20,000 nt of DNA from Halocafeteria seosinensis (Eukaryota), in contig LVLI01000409.1 of the NCBI GenBank assembly GCA_001687465.1, positions 58,044-78,043 of the forward strand. The letters run 5' to 3'. Positions 1 through 10,871 of the stretch are shown piece after piece (within the stretch, counting starts at the first letter, position 1; the number at the start of each line of letters is the position of its first letter). A program made the translations under genes and the position numbers. The notes under the pieces were generated by a model. That model did no database searches, was not told the DNA's origin, and worked only from the letters and a program-made list of their open reading frames with translations.

Positions 1-420
1 GTCATTTCTACATTATCCACTAGCGCAGGTCTCTGCAGCGCATCCGGGTGGAGTTTTACCGTAAACCAAGTCAAGAAGGGGACGCGGGATTCTTTTCCAA
101 GCCAATACATACAAATACTTCCAAGTCACGATACATGCCATAATTGACGATCAAATTATGAGCCATGCGCACTCTGTGCGGTTTCTGTACAGTAATAAAA
201 ATCATAGGAAAACAATAGCATATGCCGTCATCACTACTCGTTTTTCCTTCACGACATCAACACTAGCATACCATTGGGTGTCCTTGCCCATAGTGATAAT
301 TCCCGATCTCGGCTGCAAAGTATACACAAAGAGGAATGTTTACATGGTCCAATGAAGTCCTCTCAAGAGGGTCGAGTACCACATACAATCATAAAAGTAG
401 GCGACACGATCTTTCCCCAT
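1..420 (-). CDS. Class I histone deacetylase (RPD3/HDAC1-2-3 family), 5' part only; continues beyond the window start
   Basis: Manual splicing on the minus strand: exons 420-387, 312-272, 184-113, 32-1, with GT..CAG introns of 74, 87 and 80 nt. Translation [59 protein letters not shown] contains the diagnostic YxYGxGHPMKPHR motif. The exact paralog is not resolved. Confidence 0.96.
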
Positions 421-794
421 TTTTGGTTCCTCTTCAAAACAAACGAAAGCACAGCAGCCAATCAACAAGCAAATACACACAACGGATTACACCACTATCT
501 CCATTTCTTGAGCAAGCTTGTAAAGGCATCAAATCTTATGTGGGTCAGCTTGTAAGAGAGAGTGAATGAAGCCATTTCCTCCGGGGCCCGGCCGGGCCCG
601 GCGGAAGGAATCCGGGCCCAGGAATGCAAGTTGTTGTGTCAGAAAGAAAAAAGAACCGGCCATTGGCCCATCTAGCACAAGTTTGCAATTCCAAGGGGAA
701 AAGCAGAATTCCCTTTTTTTTTCTCTTCAAACGAAAGGATAGAGGAATTCTGTTCTTAATATCTCTGTTTACAAGTGGACCTTGTTTGCACAAG
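421..794. promoter_or_regulatory. Putative bidirectional promoter / 5' UTR region between HDAC and PheRS beta
   Basis: 374 bp between divergent ATGs at 420 and 795. Contains a GC-only palindrome GGGCCCGGCCGGGCCC at 584-599 and a T-tract at 714-722. Confidence 0.55.
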
Positions 795-3060
795 ATGCCG
801 ACTGTCTCGGTCGCTCGCGATGAACTTTTCGAGCGTCTAGACGCCCAATACAAGGAAAAGCAGAAGAAAGACGGCTCTGGGAATCCACCCCCTAAAAATG
901 ATGAAGAATTTGAAACACTATGTTTCGAGTTTGGGGTGGAATTGGACGAAATCACAACGGAGGCCGAAGAGCAGCAGCATCAAGGGGATACGGGAGCTAC
1001 CAAAGCTGACGCGGATAAAATCATTTACAAGATCGACGTTCCCGCTAACAGATATGATCTACTCTGCATTGAGGGTATCGCTCATTCCTTGAATATCTTC
1101 CTGGAGAACATGGAGCCACCAGTATGTCTACACGGCACACTCTCTTGGGCACGAAGTTTTTTACGTGGTGTCTTCCTGCAGGTATACGAGTACATGCCAG
1201 TCCCAAAAGAGAAAAGGCAGACCTTGACGGTTCGTCCCTCTACACAAGCCGTCCGTCCATTTGTCGTAGGAGCCATCCTACGTAATGTGGCTTTGGATGC
1301 GACGCGGTACCAGAGGTAAGCACAAAAGAAGTCTTCAGTGTAGTGCATGGGCTCTCTATTCATGCTTGTTTGTGACAGCTTCATAGACCTCCAGGATAAA
1401 CTTCATCAAAATATCTGCCGGAGACGGACATTGGTTGCCATAGGTACTCATGATCTAGACTCCATAGAGGGGCCATTTGTGTATGACGCAAAAGCCCCAC
1501 AAGATATTAAATTTCAACCCCTAGGACAATCTACAGAATTCCGCGCAGATAAGTTGTTAGAGTTCTATCGAACAGGTATGTTTCATGCTGCTCGCTCGTG
1601 AAAATCTGTAGTACCACTGTTGACGGGTCCGTTTATGTCCGTGCAGATCCGAGTGTAAAGCATATCAAGCCGTATGTTGACATCATAGCGGATAAGCCGG
1701 TATACCCTCTCATTGTGGACTCCAAGAAGACTGTTCTGTCGATGCCTCCTATAATCAATGGAGAGCACTCAAAAATTACTGTGGATACCAAGAACATCTT
1801 AATTGAATGCACCGCAACTGATCTCACAAAGGCGCAAACGGTACTAAATATGATGGTAACAATGTTTTCTGGATACTGTCGTGAGCCTTTCAAAAGTAAG
1901 CTATCAAACATGGGGTGATAATTTCATAATTTCTTCAGTTGAATTGAATGCTTGCAATGCGCCTGCTCATTACAGTTGAGCCTGTAGAAGTAATTTATGA
2001 GGATCCAGCTCAGCATCGGGGCTACGTGACTCCACAGTTGGATATGCGAAGCATGCAAACTACTGTAGACTCAGTTGAGAATCTTGTTGGTGTCGACATT
2101 GGTAGAGAAAGAGTTCGTCGTCTATGTCACCAAATGCAGCTTAACGCTTCGTTGGAATCGGACAACAATACTCTTACGGTAGAGATTCCTCCGACTAGGC
2201 CAGATGTATTGCACCCGTGCGATATAGCAGAAGATATAGCGATTGCGTATGGCTACAACAACATCCCGATGAAGTTGCCTCCGACGCCATCGACTGCAAT
2301 GCAACAGCCAGTAAACCACCTCACGGACTTGATCCGTGATGAAATTGCGCATGCAGGATTTTTAGAATGTCTAACTTTTGGTTTGGTATCCAGACAAGAG
2401 AATTATACGAATCTCAGGGTGGAAAATGATCAACGGAGTGTAAGTCTGGCCAACCCAAAGACGTCTGACTTCGAAATCGTGCGCACGACGTTGATTCCCG
2501 GGTTGTTGAAATGTTTGTCTTCTAACAAGTAAGAAAAGTCATGCATTTCGCTGGGTTAGACAAGCGACTTGTATACCATAATCTTGCTTTGCAGGGATGC
2601 GTCCGTTCGAGAAGGCATAAAGTTTTTCGAAATTTCGGACGTTGTAGTGAAAGACGATGAACATGATGTAGGTGCCCGTAACAAAAGGACACTTGCGGCA
2701 GTTTATTGTGGACTCTCGGCTGGATTCGAGGTTATACACGGTCTCGTAGATAGGGTATTCCAGCTTCTAGGTGTCCGGTTGCATCCAAAGGTCCACGAGC
2801 TGGCGTTAGCGGGAAGCACTACAGCCTCAGAGGTCGATCCCAATTTCACAGGCTTTCAATATTATATCGTGGAGCAGGATAGTCCTACTTTCTTGAACGG
2901 AAGGGCCGCTCGTATAATGCTAGAAAAGGTTGTAAAAGGAAAAGCAGAAGAGGTTGGTGCGATTGGTGATTTGGGTGTGATCCACCCAGAGGTGATCACT
3001 AACTTTGATATTGGACGTCCTGTATCAGCAGTTGAAATTAATTTGGAGCACTTCATATAG
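795..3060 (+). CDS. FARSB: Phenylalanine--tRNA ligase beta subunit, cytosolic type (641 aa)
   Basis: Exons 795-1121, 1182-1315, 1379-1575, 1647-1895, 1976-2528, 2595-3060 total 1926 nt and stay in frame. Motifs: MPTVSV start, [76 protein letters not shown]. Confidence 0.97.
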
Positions 3061-3154
3061 AGAGCGATAGAGTCTGTTTTTGTGAAAGTGAAGATACACA
3101 CTGAGGTAATACAACCACTAGAGTGTTCCATATATTCTGATAACGCTAGCGACT

Positions 3155-6100
3155 TTACGGGTGGAATTTCTTTTGGCTCTTAGCCATGTCTTTGAGCATC
3201 TGAGGCGGACTAAACTGCTCACCATGGGAATCGGCATAGCGTTCCATCTGGCCCAGAATCTTATCAGCACCAACAATATCGATGTACTTGAAAGGTCCGC
3301 CATAGAATGGAGGGAAACCAATCCCGAACACAGCCCCAATGTCACCGTCTCCGGGGCCACTGATAATGCCGTCTTCCAAGCACCGGATGGCTTCGTTGAG
3401 GAATCGGCATGTCATTCGCTCTTGGATTACGGTTTCGTCAATACCCTCGCCGTTACCCTTAATATAGGGTTTAAGGAGCTCAGCAGCTTCAGGATTTACT
3501 TTCTGTACGAACAAACACGTCACGTACCCAACCCGAAGCGGCTACAGTGATGATGCAACTCTTACTTTATCCTTAGACTCATAAGTGAAGAACCCCTTCC
3601 CTGATTTTCGCCCAAGGAAGCCTTTGTCCACGAACGCTTTGAGCACGGCGGGGTCCCCTCCTGAAAGATATTACAATAAGTGTTGAATATTGGCATACTC
3701 CAAGACCGGGTAACTATCGCCTCGCCTACCTTGCATTCTAGGGCCTAGTTTGTCAGAAAGGAATGATTGTACGTGTTGCGCTACGTCAATGCCTACTTCA
3801 TCCGTGAGCGTTATGGTACCGACCGGGAATCCGAAGTTCTTCGTCGCAGAGTCCTGGAAGAATAAGAGGTGAGAATAACCGCGAGGAGAAGTCACACTCT
3901 CCAACAACATCTTACAATCTTTTCAGCTGAAACACCCTCTTGGACAAGTGCCATAGATTCAGTCATAAATGGACCCAGGCACCGGTTAACGTAAAACCCA
4001 GGGACATCTTTCACAACAATCACTGTCTTTCCTTGCTTATATCCAAGGTTCACAGCTTGTGCCGCCGCCTGCAAGGTCAATGTAGACGCTAGGTGCATAA
4101 GGTTTATAGTACTCAAGAAGAAAGCAATTTCGGCTGCCTTACATCCTTGTCTGTGCCCTCGTGGGTGATAACTTCTAAGAGGGGCATTTTGTCCACAGGA
4201 GAGAAGTAGTGCATACCCAAGACTCTACCGGGTCTGCGAGGGAAAGCGAGAAGTTCATTATTCTGTCGTGGCACGGAGAGAGGTCGAGAAGATGACGGAC
4301 CGTTTTGCTCCTTTCGCAATATCGGCTATAGGGATAGCTGAAGTGTTCGTTGCGAAAACACCGTGGTCAGGAAGGTGGGGCTCGATTTCCTCGATCACCT
4401 GTGAAGACACACGGGATTTTTTTTTGAGGATGCCAGAACCCACGTAAAAAGCGACGAATCTCACGAACCTTGTGTTTAACGCCAAGTTCCTCGAATACAG
4501 CTTCAATAACGAGGTCAGTGGAGCTCAAGTGCTGATGAATTGCCGACGCGAAGTCGCTGGAACCTGGTGTGGGTTTGGCGCCAAAGGCTCCCCAAGTAGT
4601 TGCATCGTCAGCGAGACCAATAATTTTCCCCATGTACTGGTCCCTTTCAAAGGAAGAGATATTCTTCTTTTTCACCAGTTGATCTAGACTCTTCCGGATC
4701 TGCTGCTCTCCACGGACTAAGCCCTTGTTGAATTTGTCCTTCAACACCACATTACAGTTCGCGTTAACAGAAGAAACTTGGGCTATTCCTGCTCCCATAA
4801 GCCCAGCACCGAGCACCGCAACCTGCTTGGTATCGTGTTTTGGATCACCATAAGGGTTTTTCTTCGTGGCGGTCTGCGATAACCATGCAATATATTCACG
4901 AGGTATGTGCAAACAAACGATGACGGTAGCCTACCTGTGCGAAATAGATATGGCGCAACGCATCAGAGATACTGGTCATTCCCAGACGCCCAAATTCTTC
5001 CCTCTCTTTCTTAATACCAGCGCTGTAGCCGTATTCTACTCCAGTCTTGATACAGTCAAAGATAGCCATTGGGGCGACGTATCCCTTAGACTTTTTCTCG
5101 ATCTCCCCACGAGCACGGTTGAATAGCACAGCTCGTCCGATCGGGTTAGCTGAATTATAAAGGACAAATTAATGCCCCTAGAAGAGAACAGGGAAAGCTA
5201 TGCTGCCAGTGAAACGTACTCTCTAGCAGTTTGTCCATTGTATTCAACTTGCGTTGCGGAGGTTTTAGGGTACTTTTAACGAGATCTCGTGCCGCCTGTA
5301 GTAAGCGCAGGAAGGTACCAATGTCAAACACATAGTACTCTTCCCCTGCATGACACTGGTTAACTCACTTGGATGGCAGCGTCTTGGAGTCCGTTGGGAT
5401 CAATGGTGGCATGTACAAGTCCCATCTTTTTGGCCCTGCGGTGAACAGTTTCACGATTCGGAATCATTACATCAAGGAAGTAATGCCTCACTTGCGCACG
5501 TACCTGTCCGGTTTAATGTTTTTGCCCGTGGTTGCCATCGTCAACGCTTGTTGGATACCGACAGTCTTAGGCAGACGTTGAGTGCCACCTGCTCCTGGAA
5601 GTAGTCCAAGCTGCACTTCCGGTACACCAAGTTTTGTTTTCGGAGAGGTACTCGCTATTCGATAGCTGGCCGCTAGTGCTACTTCCAGGCCCCCACCTAA
5701 GCAGCTACCATGGATAGCGGCTACTACGGGCTTCTTGTGAGTCTTCCACACGTTTTCCAGTCTTTCCACCTGGACAAAAAAAAAGTTTTATAGAAAGTAC
5801 GTTCCTTTCCAACAGAAGGAGCATGGAGCAGCATCGTTTAGTTTTACCATTTCTTGCCCCTTCTGGGACAATGCAGAGAGTTCCTCTTGGGTTTTGGCAG
5901 CCGAGAGCATGTTGATGTCCGCGCCCGCAATCCAGTTATCCTTTTTTCCCGTTGCCAGGACGACTGATTGGACACTATTATTGTTCTCCAACTCGTTCAG
6001 AACCTTTTCGACTTCTTCCATGGTACTTTGCGACAAGGTATTCATCTGTAATTCCACGGATTAAACATCGGAAATTCGGATCGAGGTGTAAGCTGAGGCT

Positions 6101-6460
6101 CCAGACCACAAGGGGTCTACGTACTTTCTCTTTTTGATTATCGAATGTAACCAGGAGAACCCCATTGGCTTGATCAGCCCATTCGTAGCGCAAGACGCTT
6201 CCTTGGAAGGAGAGTGCATCTCCAGCCCCCGCGCTGTATGCTCTCGTACCCCCTTCTGCAGGGCTTGCTGCAGTGGCAGATGGGCTAACATCCTTGCTGG
6301 CGATCTGAGGGATAGCAGTCGATGGAGAGTTGACGCTAATTGCCCCAGGAACGGAAGTATGGGACAAAATGGAGGAATTCGACGCAGTTCCATACAAGGC
6401 TCGTCGGCCCAACAAAGACTGCTGCCGATGCACAGAGTACCTTGCAGCACGCGATAGCAT
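3155..6460 (-). CDS. HADHA: Mitochondrial trifunctional enzyme subunit alpha (enoyl-CoA hydratase / 3-hydroxyacyl-CoA dehydrogenase), 823 aa, with an N-terminal Arg/Ser-rich presequence
   Basis: 13 exons: 6460-6125, 6045-5848, 5769-5504, 5435-5369, 5295-5220, 5149-4935, 4873-4469, 4398-4301, 4233-4143, 4068-3916, 3853-3730, 3660-3566, 3502-3155 (2472 nt, in frame). Motifs: [95 protein letters not shown]. Confidence 0.96.
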
Positions 6461-7512
6461 GATGTTGTCTTAATTGAACCTAATTAAAGAGAATACGTCA
6501 CTCGACGGAATTTCAGGTACAATCGTATCAAGACCTTGGATTCCTCGGATTGTAAGTCTTCCAAGATCGCATTCGGGGACGGCCTGGTCCCTTGAGCGTC
6601 CCCTCTTGGGGAACAACAAAAAAGGTAGACGGCATAACTCGGACATACCCAAAGAAACAGCTACAGATTTTGAAGTTGTCATAACTCCTGAAGTGCGAGG
6701 GATGGTGTGGGACGCAGAGATGGGGAAAATGAAACAGCCCTTGATGCCGCAGCTAATAGAAGTACTACCAAACTGTATCGTCACGTGTAACTGGTGTAAG
6801 TAAGCCTGGTAAGCGTATAGTAAAACTGAACCGTGAAAACTGGTAACACTGTACAGAGTTACATGTACACATTCCAATGTAAGTTCTCAATGTCAAGTGA
6901 ACAGCGACCTGTGGAACATGGAATGCTGAACCTTCGGTATCACTTAACAATTCGGCTGCGTCTTTGGTAGCTCTCTCAGTTGCAGTTACACATCGCTATT
7001 TAGTCAAATTTCGCAGGACGCTGAAACGTTATGGACGACCGTAATTTTCACAGCGGCTTATTGTATCAAAGAGCTTTTCTGATTAAGGAGGCAAGTGCCT
7101 TCTTCGCGGTTATTTTGATACACTTACCACTACTGTACATGCTGCACAAAGGAATTTTTGAATTCCAGCCCGCATCTGCGGCTTTTGTTTACATGCGCAT
7201 ACACCGGTAGCGTATGTCGCGCTTCCTTCATCGTTCCCTCAAGACTTGTTCTCAGAGTGACAAAGAATGCGAGCTTCTAGAGGAGTGCCATACAAACCCG
7301 AAGTTCGATAGATTTCTCACACTTCCGGCAACAAAGACCGTTTACCTATGTGAAGTGGTTGAAGGCTTAACTGCAAAAAAGGTCATAAAGGGTAGAAACA
7401 GGGGAGAGGCGTCACAGGACCGAGTTCATTTTAATATCGCGTTGGTGTGTTGATATGCACTGGAATATCTTACCATCGTTGTCGCGGTTCTTTCTGAGGT
7501 ATAATTTTGCTC

Positions 7513-10500
7513 ATGATGAAAAGTGGTCTTCGACATACTCAGCCTCTGCATGGAGAGGAGGAGGAAGAAACAACTGACGCTGGTGCTTCGTGGGGATATA
7601 ATGAATCAAATGGAGGCTCTCATAGCTACGACAGGGACGAGGATGACGGATATGACGGACAAGAGGAGGAGGAAGAAGATGACGACAGATACAGTTATGA
7701 AGACAGGAGTGGCAGTGAATGTGGGAGCGAGTATGAAGAGGAAGAAGGAGAGGTAGATGAGGAAGATGATTCATCATGTGACTATAGTGATGATGAGGAT
7801 GAAGGCGAAGCCGGATATAAACCTGGAGGGTATCATCCTGTCAAAGTGAGTGTTTTTTTCTTTCGACGCAGCCGTTCATCTTTTATACGGCTCGGGTACA
7901 TGCAAGCGTTTAGCACTGGCTTTCAAATATTGTTGAATTGGTGTATGTTTATACTGCAGATTGGCGAAGTGTACAACGAGCGATATGTGGTTGAGAAAAA
8001 ACTGGGTTGGGGACACTTTTCTACTGTATGGATGAGCGAAGATAAACATAAAGGGAATAGGGTGGCGCTCAAAGTGCAGAAATCGGCTGAACATTTCACA
8101 GGTGCGTGCGTTAAGCGATGTCAAGGTACAATGATAGGATGATTCAGTATCTTAAAACAACCTGCAGATGCTGCCTTGGATGAGATCGATATTTTGAAAA
8201 CTATCAGCGACCGCGCACAACAGGCCGTGGCCGTGGAGAACTCTCCGTTTAACGACATAACCGATATCCCCGTGGTGGGGCTGCTGGACAAATTCGAACA
8301 CGAAGGTCCACATGGGAGGCACATGTGTATGTGTTTTGAAGTCCTCGGGGACAACCTGCTAAGTTTGATAAAAGCTTACGACTACAATGGCATCCCGAGA
8401 GAAATCGTGCGACAAATAAGTCGTGATGTTCTGATTGGCCTTGACTTCCTCCATCGCTGCTGCGGTGTCATTCATACTGACGTGAAGCCCGAAAACGTCC
8501 TCATCAATAAACTTCTTCCTCCGGCTCCTAAGCTTGCGGATTTTTTGGAAGAAGATTCAGATAAAGACTCTCCTGACAAGGAAGAACGAACGGGCCGGGG
8601 TAGACGCGGTACTCAAAATCAGCATTTAGATGAAAATGGGATACTTGCTAAAGGTTTAAATGTCGCAGAACTTGCCCAGCTGGATTCAGTGAGCGGGGAA
8701 GCTCGCAAGAAATTGAAGAAAAAGTTGCGGAAGAAGGCACAGAAAAGAGTGCAAAATGATAAGGGAGACCCGGGAGCAATGGAGACGGTCAATGATACAC
8801 TCGCTGGCAGGGGAATGGTTTCAATTGCAAATTTCGTGGACCTGGATGAGGGTTCGGGGAAAGCATCTAGTAGCTGTCCACAGAAGAACGTCCACGTTGT
8901 AAGAGAAGAGGAAGTCCCAAGCAACCTTCCGAATTGGATCGGAAATGCAAGTTGCCGAATCCCTTTATTTTGCCACGCTGACGACTTCGAAGAATTCTCG
9001 TCCACTTTAGGATTATCCTCCAACTTAGAAGATATGAATGGAATTACTATATTCTCTTTTGGTGACCCAGCGTCTGTAGCTGCATCCGCTCAGCCGGCGG
9101 AGGAGGGGATTAATAATGGGCTAGAAGAACTCAACCTGGAAGGCAAGAGCAAGCGAGCTAGGAAAAGGGCAAGGCAAAAGCAAAAGAAACGGGTCCAGCA
9201 ACAGCAGTCCGGTACTTCCTTAACTGCAGCTAACTCCGAGGTATTTGGGATCAGCGTCGAAGTATTGAAGGAACAAGAAGCTAAGAAATTTCGGAGTGCT
9301 TTGAGACGACTGCTATCCAGTGATTCTTCCGCTCCGGTAATGCAATCTGCAGAAGAGGACGATATGCGGATGTGTATCATTCATTGTAGTCCCGACGCGC
9401 TACTCAGTACTTTGGCCTGGTGTGAGTCCAACATTTCCCGTTGTAATTTCTTTAGCATTCCTCCCGGCCTAGGAATTCCAGATGATCAGCATGTACTTAG
9501 CTGGGTCAATGCGCTCAGGGACGACTTCAAACAAGCGTCGAATTTCCGACTCTCCCTTCCAAACAGTTCTTGGTTGATGGTTGGTGTTGTCTTTGAGGAT
9601 CCATTTTCGACACTTGTAAAAGCTGGTAAGATTCCAATTGCTCCGCCATTGCTAGACCTATTCGCTGACGGCGAAGAGAGGGCTTGTCTAGGAAGCATCG
9701 AAAGACGCGTCCAGTTGACGGGATACGCCAGCAACGGCGAGCCGAATTGTATGATGGAGTCTCACAAGAACGCAAAGGCCCTGTTCGATCTGTCTGTATC
9801 CGCCGAGGTAGAAGACCTCGTCGGGCAGGTACTCGAGAAGCAGAAGCAGGAGAAAGAAGAACGAGACAAAGATGCCGAAGTCGAGTTCAAGATGGAGTTG
9901 GCAAAGTGGGAACGGGAGGTTTTCGGGTTCGCGCCATCTAGTGGAGAGCAACCTCCCATAGACGAAAACGGTCAAGTTGATGTGGGAATTCGGGCAAAGA
10001 TTGTTGACCTAGGTAATGCATGCTGGGTGGACAAGCATTTTTCTGAAGACATACAAACTCGCCAGTACCGCTCCCCTGAAGTAATCATTGGATTAGGTTA
10101 TGACGTATCCGCGGATGTATGGTCCAGCGCCTGCATGGTTTTCGAACTCCTGACTGGAGATTTGCTTTTTGATCCCCAAGCCGGAGACGGCTACAGTAGG
10201 GATGAAGACCATCTAGCACAGATACAGGAGCTCATCGGTCTGATGCCACGAGACGTTGCCTTATCTGGGAAGTACAGTAAGGACTACTTTCGTCGCGACG
10301 GACAGCTTCGACATATCCCTATCCAAGATATGCAGTTCTGGGGGCCTGCAAACGTGCTTCATGAGAAATACGGTTTACCATTGGCAGAGGCTAACTTGAT
10401 TGAAGATTTTCTACTTCCACAGCTAGTGCAAGATCCTGTGGAACGGGCATCTGCACAACAGGCGTTAGAACATGTATGGATGGCTCCTAATCTTACTCAT

Positions 10501-10866
10501 GAAGAGGTCCTTGACATGTTCATCCAAGATGCGCGAAACGAGGAATCCGATGGCATTGATGTCGATGGAGTAGCAGAGGAAGAGCAAGGGCAAAAAAAGA
10601 CTTTAAGTGGCACAGAGGAACAGGCGATACTAAAGCATCTCCTAGGAGAACTTGGGCATGCTCAGGAAAACGAAACCGCTTCGGACGGCGCTGCAGCGGC
10701 AGCAGGAACAGGCGATAGCTCCGACGAAGATCATCAAGACAACTGGTTGGCGGAGGAAACCCCAAGCAGTGCCGACGAAAACAGTCCATACAAGGGGAGT
10801 ATAGATACGCTAGTAGCGGGAGTGAAATCCATGGTGCGTCGTAATCGCGAAGAGACGAGCAGTTGA
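7513..10866 (+). CDS. SRPK: SR protein-specific kinase (SRPK/Sky1 family), about 1057 aa, with an acidic N-terminus and a ~495-aa spacer; the start codon is uncertain
   Basis: Exons 7513-7845, 7960-8101, 8168-10866, with introns of 114 and 66 nt. Motifs: SDDEDEG..YKPGGYHPV, KLGWGHFSTVW, VALKVQKSAEHF, HTDVKPENVL, KIVDLGNACW (DLG replaces DFG, as is typical of SRPK), IQTRQYRSPEV, SRDEDHLAQIQEL. Confidence 0.94.
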
Positions 10867-10871
10867 AAGAA

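Noticed and set aside
6470..6950. ORFs of 109 aa (+), 135 aa (-) and 61 aa (-) upstream of HADHA
   Set aside because: No recognisable motif, non-ATG or doubtful starts, and no consistent splice model. A small gene cannot be excluded without expression data.
7214..7453. 79-aa ORF upstream of SRPK as a possible first exon
   Set aside because: I could not join it in frame to the kinase with a convincing typical-length GT..CAG intron.
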